A stretch of DNA of 64,000 bases from Azolla caroliniana (GCA_043228905.1 JBHGNT010000009.1:16616001-16680000), one strand, 5' to 3'; counted from the stretch's first letter, positions 31,350-50,974 are shown. The notes: generated from the sequence alone by a model not told the origin. A program made the numbers and translations.

Positions 31350-31797
31350 TAACAATCGGCAACGGTTCGGTTTGAACCGAACCGAACCGCGAAACCACGG
31401 CTTAACGGTTTCAACGGTTCGGTTCAGTTTGGTTCATGTTTAGGTTTTTTTAAACGGTTCAGTTTGGTTTCAACAGTCAAAAATCGTAGTTTAAACAGTT
31501 TAATGGTTTTTAATTTTTAATTTTTTTAAAAACATTTAAAAAAAATTTAAAAAGTCCTAAAAAATTTTAAATTTTGTTTTTAAACAATCTTTTCATTTTT
31601 ACACCTTATCTCACATTTTGGGAACATCTTGAAAAAAAATTTAATTCTAAATAATGAAATATTATAAATTTTAAAAAATTAAAAATTTGACCTATGTTGA
31701 AAACCGAAACCAAACCACGAAACCACGGTTTTTACGGTTTTGCGCTTCGGTTCGGTTTGGACCCTCTCAAACCGAACCGAACCGTTGCCGATTGTTA
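31350..31797. mobile_element. hAT-type MITE
   Basis: TIR TAACAATCGGCAACGGTTCGG; subterminal AACCG arrays; 8-bp TSD atttcccc/atttccct. Confidence 0.88.
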
Positions 31798-31998
31798 ATT
31801 TCCCTAGTCACCTCTAGAATCTTCCATCTATGGTTAGTGTTGATCGGCCATCATCTCTTGTTGTAGAACTCAATAAAAAAAATCAAATTTACTTTTGAGC
31901 CATGTTCTATCAATGTTATTTTTGGTATCTTGATATCTCTTATTTGTTTAAAACTATTTGTTGTTGTACATGCCTAGTGTGGTTTGTTGTAATAACTA

Positions 31999-32311
31999 GG
32001 GAAAAGTACCAAGATACCCCTAGAAGTTCGTCTATTTACCAGAATGCCCCTGGAAGTTCCAAATTTACCAAAATACCCCCATGTCCAAAAAATTACACTT
32101 TATAAAGTAATTATACACTCAAATCTTTGGTAAATAGGGCTAGTTCAGGTCCATTTCTTCTATATTTGGTAAATAGGGCTTGTAGATTTGAGTGTATAAT
32201 TACTTTATAAAATGTAATTTTTTGGACATAGGGGTAGTTTGGTAAATTTGGAACTTCTAGGGGCATTTTGGTAAATAGACAAATTTCCAAGGGTATCCTG
32301 GTACTTTTCCC
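31999..32311. mobile_element. Mutator-like foldback MITE
   Basis: About 125-bp TIRs starting GGGAAAAGTACC; perfect 9-bp TSD TAATAACTA. Confidence 0.92.
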
Positions 32312-33079
32312 TAATAACTATCACTATACTCCTTGTCATCATCAACCTTTCAATGGTGATAACATTTGTGGAACATTCATCGGTGTCATATTTAACCATG
32401 TACACGTAGATGTTCGTTAGAGATGAAGGAACAATTGTAGTGCTAAGGAAAGGGATAAAAAATAGAATTGTACACTTTTATATAAGTCTTTTAATTTCTT
32501 GATATTAAGTAAACTTGAGATAGAGCTTAAGAGCATCTTAATATCTTAATCTCTTGTTGGTTATAATACTAACTATTTAACTTCTATCTTACCTTAAGAT
32601 TCAAAACTTAAATAGTAAGCTTAAGTGTTTGGGCTAATAATTGAACTCTCAAGGAATATTCTTTGCTCCCTCAATTGAGTGCTTTCTTGCTTTACTTCCT
32701 TGCTTTGCTTGTTTATTGTGTTAAGTGTATTAAAAGTTTGTCCACTTGCTAGAAGGCAGTTGTGGATTGACACCCACCCCTTTGTCGTTTGGCTAACAAT
32801 AGTGTAGATGTTGTCTTGGACCCCTTAATCTTGGTTTTAAGCTATTTAGGGAAAACTAGCTACAACAATCTGAGGTAAGTTCTAAAGTTCCCTACATTAG
32901 CATCCTTGTCACTTCTGATTGCAACACTCGATGCCTTCAATTGAATAATATTAATCTCACCATCACTGTGACTCAATAGAGTCACCCCTGCATTTGAGAC
33001 ATGGTTATCTTTTCATATGATGTTGATGGTATGCAACATTACAACTTGGAGCATGAGAACCATTTTGCCAAAGTAGTGG

Positions 33080-34060
33080 ACTAACTGTAAATATGGATAA
33101 AAGAAAAATGATGGTAGTGTGAACCATCCAACCTCATCAATACCCTGCATTGACATCTAATGGAGACGATGTACAATTATGCAAAGCTTTAAGTATCTTG
33201 GCATCGATGTATCCACCACAAATAAATGGAGTATTGCTTTGAGTCTAGACTTCAAGCTGGTTGGCAAAGTTATTATACATTGGAAAATCAATGCAACTAG
33301 AGTGATACTCATGGATCAGAAGTGACGTTACTAATTTCATGGTAACACAAGTTTTGTTTTATGGCGTAGAAGTGTGGGGAGGCTCTCTCTCTCTCTCTCT
33401 TAATGCACGAAATGAAATTGCGAAGATTCAAAAGATGTTTTCAAGGAGACCATTGGGAGTTAAATCCACTACCTCCTATCAAGTTATGCTCTTGGAAACA
33501 AATGTATTACCTATAGAGATATTTGCACTGCATAGAGTATATAGATACATTACAAAGTCAAGAATATGCCAAAATCATAGATTATCACATCTTGTTTGGA
33601 ATGTTGGATGTAAACTACAAAAGAATTACAAAAGCAAAATTCTCTCATCTAGTTAAGTAATTGACATAAAAAAATGGCTCAAAAGATGTGGTGTGGAAGA
33701 TATCTTAGAGCTTTAAGTCATGGTATGAAACATGTAGTTATTAGGAAAGATTAATGGAATCACGTGGAAGAGGTGGGAAGGTGCGAAAAGGACAAAATTA
33801 GAATATTACATTGGAAGCATCAACCCTAAATGTCGGATTTTATATAAGGGAAGAAGGCTTTTTTATTGTATTCAACCTTATCTCATTATTAACATTAGTA
33901 TTAACTCTCATAGAGCCATAGCACTCTTCCACACTCGAGCAAACAACCTAGGTATTGAATTTGTGTTATAGCATCAAAATCCATCAAATATAAAGGCATG
34001 TAAGGTATGCAAGGCAAGGTTAATGAAGGATGAGTATCATTTGCTTTTTACCATGTTTAT
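33080..34060 (+). mobile_element. 5'-truncated decayed LINE (end of RT and C-terminal Cys/His region)
   Basis: FKYLGI, LFYGVEVWG, KIQKMF..LGVK, CKVC...EDEYHLLF. Confidence 0.75.
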
Positions 34061-34429
34061 TTTAAGTTGTTTGTGTGTGAAGAAGTGTATGTGTCAAGAT
34101 CTATGGCAAGGGGTACATAGATATTGTTTGTCTTAAGTGTGGGCACATATATGTAATTAAGTGTAAAGGTTGAAGGCTATTGAGTGCCTAGTTTGACTCC
34201 TCATGTGTCCGGACAATGACCGCCTCATCTGTGTACACCGTGAAGGTTTCACACATTCATGAGTATCTCAATGTGTTGTGTCACAGGACGATCCCTCGTG
34301 TGTTGTTGTATTACATGAGTCTTCACACATGAAGTGTTGTGTCTTAAACTTTTCAATGTCCCTTGGCCCGGATTTGCAACTTGAGAATTTTGTTGAAACC
34401 TCTATATGCTACCATGGATATCCAATCAC

Positions 34430-34900
34430 GTGCAAGAGAAGTTGGAGGAATGTAACAAGACCCTTAAGAGCAGCCCTTCCAACTACAGCTTATTGATCTC
34501 ATTGGAAAATACAAGGATGTGTTTACTTGGGTCATACAAAGCCATGTAAAGGATGCATGTAACCTAAACTATGTTGCATTGGTGAAGGAGGAAATTGATA
34601 GGCTCCTTCGGGTCGATTTCTTTCGGACCTTCAAGGATATATTCATAACCCAATTGAGGTAGTACCTTAGAATAGTGAGAAGCTATGGTAATCCATGGAA
34701 GAATTTTAACATGACCACAATTACTAACATATGTTTTTCCAATCGTTCAAAAATTCAACTCCACATAAGGTGATCGAGCATGAAATGTAGAAATTCTCAA
34801 ATAGGTTTGTTGGGGTCATGATGATGTTTTGAGGTTGCGATGATGTTCGATGCTAGCCTTTAGCTTATCATTGTGGAGATAATGAAGATCTTAACAATTT
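34430..34900 (+). pseudogene. Highly degenerate Gypsy RT relic
   Basis: KYKDVFTW and PNYVALVKEEIDRLLRV, similar to element A RT. Confidence 0.55.
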
Positions 34901-36043
34901 TCAGCCAAGTATCCCTCGACAACTCAATATGCAACCCACATATGCTCAAGCAAGCTTACACATGAGATGAGAATGAGGAGCAACTACTCACAACTCAAAT
35001 TGAAACATTCATTGCTATTCAACGGTGCTTTCCACCTATTCATTACTAAACTATTCATTACTAAATGAACTGACATCACACCACTACAAATTGACCCTCA
35101 TTTTTAAATGAAATCTAGTCATTAGGACTGTTAAATTGTGGAGAAAATAGTCATCCACCACAATAAGACATTTGTTTGGCATGTGCACATGCCTCTCTTA
35201 TGCTCATTGTCATCGATTATCTACCATGGGTATTTTCCATCTCAGTGTCTATTCATTAGGCAATTAGCCATAACAATTTAAAATAGTCCTCAACCAAAAG
35301 AATGACATCTTTCAATAGAAATAGTTCTCAACCAGAAGAATCGAACTAGTGACATACATGTAGCTTTCTCTTAGGCAAAGATATCATTTGGGTGACCTCC
35401 ATGCTTAAAATATCAGCATCCTCCATTGAGTTAATCAAAGCATAAGACTTCCCATTATAGTGCTAACTTGAGTCAATTAAAAAGCAGGACATCTCAATAG
35501 CTTTTGAAAAGAATGGAAGCTTTACTAGTTACTTACAAAATGCATGTGTTTGTGTTTTTCCCCTACACCTTACATTTGGTGGAGCTCTCAACTAAGCACA
35601 CAATAGTTCCCAAGATGGCATGTAGGGAACATCATTCTCATCTTCTCAATTTGTTCCAAAATTGAGTTAGGACAAGATGAGGAAATTTTAACACAGCTAA
35701 TTGGACCCAAAATGAATGTTTGTGCTAAGGCAGTAGCCACATGTGACTGTATTTTTCCAAGGTTAGTTCTATTTTCAAGTAAAGAGTATACATGTGTGTG
35801 CCTAAGAGGTGGGTTTACTCAATGATAATCAATACCGAGTGAACACATACAAAAGTCTGTGCAAACCTAAAGGACACCCTTGCTTATCCATTGAATTGCT
35901 TATCCATTGAAAGCAGAAGAAAGACTAACAAAATGAAAATATGCATTATCTTTTGTTTTAGAAAGCATGGAATCCATGGCATTTTTAAACAAAAGTAAAA
36001 GATTCCTGGTATGTGGAATCAATCAATTAGCAATCTTGTGGTT

Positions 36044-36221
36044 GATTATATGACAAGGATAGTTAACAAGATTAGAATGATTGCCGGTGAAAGAACAAAT
36101 GTCAGTAAGGAACTCATCTTAAGAGACATTATAATATATGACAAGGATAGTTAACAAGATTAGAATGATTGCTGGTGAAAGAACAAATGTCAGTAAGGAA
36201 CTCATCTTAAGAGCCATTATA
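36044..36221. repeat. 88-bp tandem duplication (2 copies) downstream of the OTU gene
   Basis: atgacaaggatagttaacaag... at 36050 and 36138. Confidence 0.9.
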
Positions 36222-36465
36222 ACAAAAAGGAAAAAAGATGTTTTACAAAAGATGGCCTCGAGCCAATATGTAACTGTAGAGTCCATTGGAAACCAAACAA
36301 TCAACCAAAAAAGGAAACCCATAGCCCTTTTGGCAGTGAAACCCCCAGTTGTGTTAACAAGAACAATCAAATATGTAAACTATAACCACTTCTCACTTAT
36401 GGTGTTCCCTTTCACAAGTCGGCCACATCCTAATTAACCTCTTCACACGTGGACTCTTATAGTCT

Positions 36466-41635
<5,170 letters not shown>

Positions 41636-41924
41636 TTTTCACTCACCAGCGTGGCTTCTGTCTTCGATCCTCCTTCTTGGATTTACGCCAAAATAAGGAA
41701 TACACAGAGAGACAGACACAGAGAGAGAGGAGGCGAGCTATGGCGACACTCTGTGTCTATATATATATATGCTGTCATCATCTCCACAGTAATACAAATA
41801 CGTATATGTATGTATATGCAATATGTATAATGTACATATGTATACATACATAATACGTATATGTAATACATATGTGTGTGTGTATATATATATGTATGTA
41901 TGTATGTATGTATTATGTATAATG

Positions 41925-43850
41925 TGTTATAGAATAGACTATTAAGCAAGATCAAAGAGAGATTAGATATTAACTCGGATCACTAATCACATATCAACAT
42001 AATCTCTAGATAGAACTCATAGGCTATGCTCTTCTATATTATATTATATTATATATATATAATACCAAAATGATTCAGATGCATGAGTTTATGATCCACC
42101 AGATGATGGGATGCATGCATGCATGCTATTTACATCATGAAGTCTTGTTAACTAAAGCTAAAGCTTAAGACTTAGATAGGTATAGCATGACTCATTACAT
42201 GCATGAGTTCATAACACTCCCCCTCATCTCATCATCACTGTTTTAGCTCATCGGCTCTGATAATCTTCTGAGTCCAAGAGAATGAATGTTCGGCCAATGT
42301 TTTGATGGAGGTAAGCTTTTGGTAAAAATATACGACATGTTCTTGCTTGATTGAATGGGTTGAATGTTGATATAATTATCATTGAGCTCACGAGTAAAGA
42401 AAAACTTGTGAGAAATATGTTTCATTCAATCAACTTTAATGAAGCCCTTCTTGAATTGATTAATGCAAGCATAATTATCTTCATAGATAATTGTTGGTAA
42501 CGAGGGGCCAATAAAATTGCAAGAACTTTCAATATGGCCGATTAAGCATTGTATCCATAGGCATTCTCGGCTTGCTTCATGTAATGCTAATAACTTAGCA
42601 TGATTTGAAGATGTTGCAGCCAATGGTTGCTTTGTCGATCGCCAAGAGATCCATGTGCCACCAACAAGGAAAACATATCCTGTTTGTGATCTGCCAACAT
42701 GAGGGTCAGATAAGAACCCAATGTCGGAATAACGTCATGGCTTCATGTGGGCTTGAACCCAAGATCTTGTAATACATAATCAAGAACCTAAACATTAAGA
42801 TAGCCTATGATAATATAAGATGATAAAAGCTACTTCTTGTAGTACACTGATTATTGTAAATACTCTGGAACATTCTAGAACATTATAGAAATCTCTACGC
42901 TATTATATAGGAACCTATAAATATAGACATACAATTCTTCTCAAACCAATTCGAATCAACGCCAGCCTTAAGCTCTCATCGCATATCTTGTATTCATTCT
43001 CATTCTTAATACATCCATTCTTCTCTTATCACTTCATTCCTCTCTTCTTGTGATCTCTTTACATCTTTCTTCCGCCATTCTATCTTTTCTCTTGGTTTTG
43101 ACACATAAGAACCGTTGGTAAAGAAAAGACCCATATCTTTAGTGCCTCGTAAATATTGGAAAATCTGCTTTATTCTAGTCCAGTGTCGCTTGATAGGATC
43201 GTGATTATACCAAGCCAGCAAATTGACAACAAACGAAATGTCCGGACGTGTACAATTAACCAAGTACATATGTGCACCAATAGCAACCATGTAAGGATAT
43301 TGTGGTTCCAATGCTGACTTGTTAGAAGATCTTGGCCAAAATGGGTCATGAGAAGGATCTAGAGAGCGCACTACCATAGGAGTTCTAATAGAATGAGCTT
43401 GATCCATAGAAACCGTTTTAATATTTTATGGATATAAGAGCTCTAATGAAGAAGAATTCCATTAGATAGGTGCTCGATCTGAAGACCCAAGAAGAATGTA
43501 GTTAAATCGAGGTCTTTCATTTCAAATTGGCGGCTAAGCATAGCAACAACATCTTCAATAGCATTAGATGTTCCAATAATATTGAGACCATCAACATAAA
43601 TAGCAATGATGACAAATTCTTTGAGATGATGCTTGATAAATATGCAAGGACAAACATCATCATTGTTAAATCCAATGCATGAGAAAGAAGATATTGAGAG
43701 AGATGTTGATACCACATACGACTAGCTTGTTTAAGTCCATAAAGTGACTTACATAACTTGATCGATGGATTGTGAAATTTTCCAAGCTGCATAGAGTTGC
43801 AAAGTTCTTCAGGTATATGGGGCAAAAACAATGACAACGGATATCTCAGC
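41925..43850 (-). mobile_element. Bianca-like copia 3' fragment (RT, RNase H, PPT, 3' LTR 41925-42216)
   Basis: TPMVVRSLD, ATSSNHAKLLALHEASREC; PPT GAGGGGGAG; LTR TGTTAT...ATAACA. Confidence 0.85.
42733..43103 (+). mobile_element. Solo LTR of a Tcn1-like family related to D/E
   Basis: Similar to D LTRs; TSD aataa/cataa; interrupts the copia RT. Confidence 0.85.
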
Positions 43851-43859
43851 GGCTTTATC

Positions 43860-46800
43860 ACAATCCTCGGCGCGACTTTAGCCAATGCAGGAGCATATGT
43901 GGTTTGGATGCCTTATGAATGACATGATGCTTTATGTTAAAGGAATTTCTGCAAATGGATGTATTTTTTATTTCCATATTCAACAGGACAATAAATTGTA
44001 GCCTTATACACCCTCAAATAATTTCTTAGAGAACCTGCTCACTGTGCCAGTTAGGGTGATTGCCAAATCTGGTAGGAAATGGCTACTAGATCCACAACCG
44101 TCAATAGCTCAATTGTGGGATATGCTCTGGTTATATGCACGACAACCAGTTAGTAGGATGATGTGGAACCCAAGGGGATGGTTCTGAACCAATCCCATGA
44201 TGGATCCATTGCAAAAAGTTCCATTCTTTTAGTACAACGTGAAATTGGGCAGAACTTGACTCATGTCTAAGAATATTCCAACTCCTACAACTCAAAAGCA
44301 CTGGAATAAGTGGGGTGTTTCAAGCACTCATTTGAAGGCATATTGGACATGGATTTGGTCTTTCATGGGACCAACTAAATATATTCTCTTCGAATGGCTT
44401 TTACTACATGCAACACTACCAGTAGGTCAATCATTGAAAGGAGATGTGAAAACTAGTCTTAGAAAATGTTTTTATTGCGATGACATGCAGGAAACTACCA
44501 AGCTAAATAGCCCAATAGGTATGGAATAAAATTATCTCTTTATTCTTGACAATTAATGCAGGCTGCCTTTTCTCTTGGGGATCAACTGCCGTGAACACAG
44601 GACCATTAGGTGTCACCCGGACTTGAACCTCGAACCTTGTAATCCATACTTGAAAACCTCAACCATTAAGATAGCTTATTGTTATATGAAACAATAAAAG
44701 CTACTTCTTGTATTACATTGATTATTGTAAAAACTCTAGATTATTCTAGAATGTTCTAGAATGTCCTAGAGCATTCTAGAACATTCTAGAAATCTCTAAG
44801 CTATTCTATAGGAACCTATAAATAAGGGCATACATGTATTCTCAAATCAATTCGAATCAACACCAGTCTTTAGCTCTCATTACATATCTTGTACCATTCT
44901 CTTTCTTTCTCTATCTTATACATCCATTCTTCTCTTAGTATTTGGTTCCTTTCTTCTTGTGTTCTCTAATATCCTTCTTCCATCACTCTATCTTTTATCC
45001 TTGGTTCTGACAGTTTGATTCGAATTCTCTCTCTCTCTCACTCACTCTCTCTTATCCTCCTTTGTAACCATCCTGAAACCATGGCTGCCATTAACTCAGA
45101 AGAATATCTCACCCTTGTTGCAGAAATGGAGAACCTTAAATCCAAGTTCGCATCTCTTGAAGTAGAGAATCAACGTCTACTTGGGGATCTACAAAAGGTT
45201 ACTACAGAGAAGCAACAACAACAAGAGGAGTTCACGCGACGAGTGCAACAGTTAGAGTCGACAATCGTCGTGTTACAACAACAAAGGGTTGAAGGTCATG
45301 GACTTATCAAGGAGCCCAAAATTAGCCTCCCAGCTAAATTTGATGGGTCGAGGGCGCATTTCTGAGGTTTTTTGAATCAAGTACGGTTGGTGATTCAAAT
45401 GCATCCCACACGTTATCCAACAGATGCATCATGAGTCGGGCTAGTGGGCACTTTATTGACTGGCATAACGTTGTCGTGGTTTGCTCCATTGCTAGAGACC
45501 AATTCTCCTCTACTGAATAATTTCGAGGAATTTATCAAGGAATTTAAGGCTTGTTTCGGAGATACTGATGGGGCGAGAACAACTATCAACAAGATTCGTA
45601 CACTTCATCAAGGTGATAAACCAGCTTCAACATATGCTGCCAATTTCCGTCTCATCGCAAGCGATATTCCTTGGGATGAACAAGCCCTAATGGAGCAATT
45701 CTGTTCAGGCCTTCGTAGTGATGTCAAAGACTTACTTCTTACCTTCCCCGAGGATCCAAGGTCACTTACAGAAGCTATTAGTCGAGCAATATGGTGTGAT
45801 AATCGCCTTTTTGAGCGTCGATGTGAGCGACAACAACAAATAACAAGATCTAGATTCACACCAACTTATGCATCAGTAACGGCGCAATCATCCCCAAGGC
45901 AAATGTATAGCCCTGCTCCAACACCAAGGCAAACACGTAGTCCAGTCCCAATGGATAGTCCTACACCCATGGAGATCGATATGACTCAACGACAAGGACC
46001 ATTGTCAGACAAAGAGAAGCAACGTCGTCGAGCAAACCATCTGTGCTTATATTGTGGAGGTCCAGGACATATAGCCATTTATTGCTCCCGTAGGCCGAGA
46101 CGTCAGGTAAATCAAATTCACTATGACAATAAAAATGAGTCCAACATTTTAGAAGTAGTTAGTGAATCTAATATTATGAATAATCCACCCTTGTCCAATA
46201 AATTTAAAGTCCTAAGCCAATTAGAAGAGGAGTCAAACGAATAAGTCCGGCCAAAATAGGAGCCATTTGGTTAGACAACCGTAGATATGTACAACCTAGT
46301 GTGGGTTCCATTTCTTCCAAGCATGTTAGTAGAGTCTTCTTAGCCCTAGTAGAAGTTAGGACACCTAGTTGTCAACTTCAACTCCAAGCCATCTTGCTCC
46401 ACATTGCTAGGGTCATCTCAACATTATCAGGACTTCAAGTGGCAAGATGGTTTACTCTTCTACAAGAATCTCCTTTACTTCCCCGACGGATCACCCCGAC
46501 TTCAAGTGTTGGAACATTGTCATGATGCCCCCATGGCTGGACATTTTGGTATTTCCAAGACCATTGAATTGGTGAAACGTTCGTTTTGGTGGCCTCACTT
46601 GCAAAAATTTGTCGAAGATTATGTTCACACTTGTGACACCTGCTATCGCGCCAAAATACCCCGGCATCACCCTTATGGCTTACTACAACCATTACCCCCT
46701 CCCAACAAGCTATGGCAGTCTATTTCTATGGATTTCATTACGGATCTGCCACCTTCCAAAGGCTTTGATACTATTTTAACAGTAGTGGATCGGTTCACCA

Positions 46801-49070
46801 AGATGGCACATTTTGTACCATGTGTAAAGACCATCAATAGTGAAGAAACTGCAAATCTCATTATGCGTGAAGTGTTTCGCGATCATGGTCTCCCGAATGA
46901 TATTATTAGCGATCAAAGTCCTCAATTTATCTCACACTTTTGGAAGCACCTATGGGCAGGCCTCAAAATCTCTTGCAAACTCTCTTTGGCTTATCATCCA
47001 CAAACTGACGGACCTAAACCCTAAACCTTGACACCTGCTATCGCGCCAAAATACCCCGGCATCACCCTTATGGCTTACTACAACCATTACCCCCTCCCAA
47101 CAAGCCATGGCAGTCTATTTCTATGGATTTCATTACGGATCTGCCACCTTCCAAAGGCTTTGATACTATTTTAACAGTAGTGGATCGGTTCACCAAGATG
47201 GCACATTTTGTACCATGTGTAAAGACCATCAATAGTGAAGAAACTGCAAATCTCATTATGCGTGAAGTGTTTCGCGATCATGGTCTCCCGAATGATATTA
47301 TTAGCGATCAAAGTCCTCAATTTATCTCACACTTTTGGAAGCACCTATGGGCAGGCCTCAAAATCTCTTGCAAACTCTCTTTGGCTTATCATCCACAAAC
47401 TGACGGACAAACAGAGCGCACAAATCAAACGCTCGAGCAATATCTTCGATGTTTCATTAGTTATCAACAAGATGATTTGAGTAATATTTTACATCTTGCC
47501 GAGTTTGCATACAACAACACGGTCCACTCTTCTACCAAAGTTACACCTTTCTTTGCCTACACCGGCAACCACCCTCGATGGTGTATATTGGATCTTCCCA
47601 AGGTGTCATGAAACCCTAGTGCGGCGCATCACCTCCACCGACTACAACAAATCCAGTTCGAGTTATCGTCACATCTTCAGAAAGCGCAAGCACACCATAA
47701 GACCAATGCCGATCGACATCGTCTTAAGTCTCCGTTTAAGGTTGGTGACCATGTATGGTTGCTTCGTCGTCACATCAAGACTACCCGACCGTGTGCTAAG
47801 CTTGATTATCAACGCTTAGGTCCTTTTGTCATCACGGCACAGATTAATGATGCAACATTTCGTATTAACCTTCCTGCACATATGCGGATTCACCCTGTCT
47901 TTCATAGCTCTCTTTTGGAACCTTGCCGCACCTCTTTAATTCCTAATCGTGTCGTGCCACCACTGCCTTCTGTACAACTTGTGGACGGCCCCGAATACGA
48001 GGTACCTGCTATTCTCGATTCTAAGATTGTGCACAATAAACTTTATTATCTAGTTGATTGGCTTGGTTATCCTCCGAGTGATCGCACTTGGGAACCCATC
48101 GATAACGTTTGTAATGTTGAAGCTCTGGTCAATGAGCTCCATCGTCACTATCCAAACAAGCCCGACCCAACAAATTTAACGCTGACTTCCACTCGGCGTT
48201 CTTGAAGGAGGGATAGTGTCATGAACACATGACCATTATGTTGTCACCCGGACTCGAACCTCGAACCTTGTAATCCATACTTGAAAACCTCAACCATTAA
48301 GATAGCTTATTGTTATATGAAACAATAAAAGCTACTTCTTGTATTACATTGATTATTGTAAAAACTCTAGATTATTCTAGAATGTTCTAGAATGTCCTAG
48401 AGCATTCTAGAACATTCTAGAAATCTCTAAGCTATTCTATAGGAACCTATAAATAAGGGCATACATGTATTCTCAAATCAATTCGAATCAACACCAGTCT
48501 TTTGCTCTCATTACATATCTAGTATCCATTCTCTTTCTTTCTCTATCTTATACATCCATTCTTCTCTTAGTATTTGGTTCCTTTCTTCTCGTGTTCTCTA
48601 ATATCCTTCTTCCATCACTCTATCTTTTATCCTTGGTTCTGACATCAACGGTATGGGGGGTTCTCCATTCCAGTCTCCTGTTGTATGGAAAACAATATCT
48701 ACGGTTACATTATGGATATTATGGAAGTATTTAATCGTTGTAAAAGACGATATGAGTCCATAGTTCATCTTCTCTCAGATATATTGCCGGAATTATGGGG
48801 GAGCTTATTGGCGGTTGTGCAGGGGCAATATGACAATATGCCAGGCTCTTCGAAGGTTGTTCTTAAGAAAAGGAAAAAATTATTGCAATTATGGAGGAAG
48901 TTCCCTTTGTTCAAGGTTTCCTCTAAAGGACCGTTATGGAGATATCAACACCCCTGGTCCTTGCCCTGACCATTTCTTTTGTATATAATACTCTCCGATT
49001 TTACATTTTTGTAGCTCCTTGACACTTTTCTTAATACTAATGAAGGAAATCTTTTTGATAAAAAAAAGAA
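43860..49070 (+). mobile_element. L1-like LINE 3' fragment (zf-RVT-like region, A tail) split by element D
   Basis: WTWIWS...FEWLLLHATLPVG...CFYC; ends ctttttgataaaaaaaa near 49067. Confidence 0.6.
44587..48644 (+). mobile_element. Tcn1-like chromovirus D, internally deleted (PR-RT-RH lost near 46388), with a 380-bp integrase duplication
   Basis: LTRs 44587-45012 and 48217-48644; perfect TSD TCAAC; PPT gaaggagggatag; gag 45081-46244 with stops; chromodomain. Confidence 0.95.
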
Positions 49071-50974
49071 GTTCTTTAGGTATCTTCATGTATATATCTT
49101 GTTAATAATTACATAATTAACTAAGGGTTAATTAGGGACTAATTATGTGAGTAGTTAATCATGTATATGATTAAGTAGCGGAAGATTATGTGATATGTGT
49201 GTGTGTGAGAGAGAGAGGAAGTTACACTTATGAACAATGAGATAAATGGGGAATGATTATCAAGAGTGTAGCTAAAGACCTTTCACTATCTTAATAAGCA
49301 TCAAATTACAAAAATACCCACAATGAGGTATATATACAACTCATGTGCAAGGGTGCACATGTGTGAGTAGAATATAGGTACAAGGATGTAAGTTCTATAT
49401 TAAATATACTTGGTAGTGGAGGATCTAGAATGTATCCCCACTTACGTACAAGTACAAGATCCTATTTAAGGGCTTACAAGGTCAACACACTAAATTGTTT
49501 CTATCTAGGTAACTACTAAGTTACGTGGTTAACTAAATGGCTAAACTTAGTTGAGCTTGATATCTCAACACGCCCCCTAAAGCTCAAGTGTGAGGCGTTC
49601 GACATCCGGTTTTGCTGTCGGCGTTGTCCAACTTTTGATGTTGGCTTCTGTTCGGCTTTCAGCCTCAGCATTTTCGTGGCAGTTTTAGTACCTCCTCCTC
49701 AAGCTTGTGACGAAGGCTTTGTAGCGCTAAATGGTCGAAGGCCAAGTGCTTGCAACTCGTCATCCATGGTTTCCATTCCTCGGTAGTCACGAGCCGGTTC
49801 CGTAAAGCTTTCGGGCTCTCATTTGGCCGCCCCCTTCATCACGAAGCTATAGTGATGGGCCATATACACATTGTAGTTGAACTGAGTGACCGGGTTCTTC
49901 TCTCGAGATGAGCGTTAGAGTTTTTCGTTTGCTGATGTGATCGTCTTTTGTACTCTGGGTGTCCGCATGTTGGGTACACCAAACTCACTGTTTAGTGAGT
50001 GAGCCGACACATCCGAATCACTGTCGTCGAGGTGGTTGACTTCATATTCGGGCATCTTACCTTTGCCTTTGTCCGATTCGGCCCCTGGTTGAGACGTGCA
50101 TGGAGTGCTTGAAGGCTCATATGGTCCACTTAGCTCGGTAGAGCTTGGATTGTCCTTTGGTAAACGACTTTGCTGAATATCATCATCTGAGTTGACGTTC
50201 AAATCTTCCTCAGTCGGGCCGAATGGAGTCAAATCGGGCTCATACCAAGATGCTGATTTGTCAAAGACTGCGTCTCGACTCACCTGAACTGCTCAACTCG
50301 AAGGGTTGAAGCACTTATAGACTTTTGAGACTGCGTCTCGACTCACCCGAACCGCTCAGCTCGAAGGGTTGAAGCACTTATAGACTTTTGCTTGGACGAG
50401 TATCCTACGAGGATACATTTCTCCGACTTCACGTTGAGCTTCTCTCGTTTTTCACTTGGGATGCGTACATTCACAATGCTTCCGAACACTTTGAAGTGTG
50501 ACATCATCAACTTCCTTTCGACAAGGAGCTCGTATGGAGTTAGCTCATGCACTCCATTAATGGTGCATCGATTCATGAGATAGACGGCCGTGGATGCCGC
50601 TTCAGCCCAATAGAATTTCAACATGTGCTTCTCATACATCATGGCGTGTGCTACCTTGAGTATGTGCTGATTCTTTCTTTCGGCTACTCCATTTTCTTAG
50701 GGTGGGTGTCGGCATGAGAATTCTCTCCGGATGCCTTCACCTTGGAGATAGGAGATGAATTTGTCGGAGAAGTACTCCTTGCCTCCATCCAATCGTAGGC
50801 ATCGAATGTGCCGACAGGTTTCTTTTTCGACTTGGCTCTTGAGGTTTTGGAAGTGTGAGGGCACTTCACTCTTCTTCTTCATCGGGAATATCCACATGTA
50901 GCGGGAGTATTCATCGATGACGATGATGTAGTATCAACATCCGCCGATCGTTGGTGTTTGAGCTGGTTCCCATA

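Noticed and set aside
31999-32311. miRNA-like long hairpin
   Set aside because: Explained by a MITE with a perfect 9-bp TSD.
32410-32640. Possible solo LTR
   Set aside because: No confident termini or TSD.
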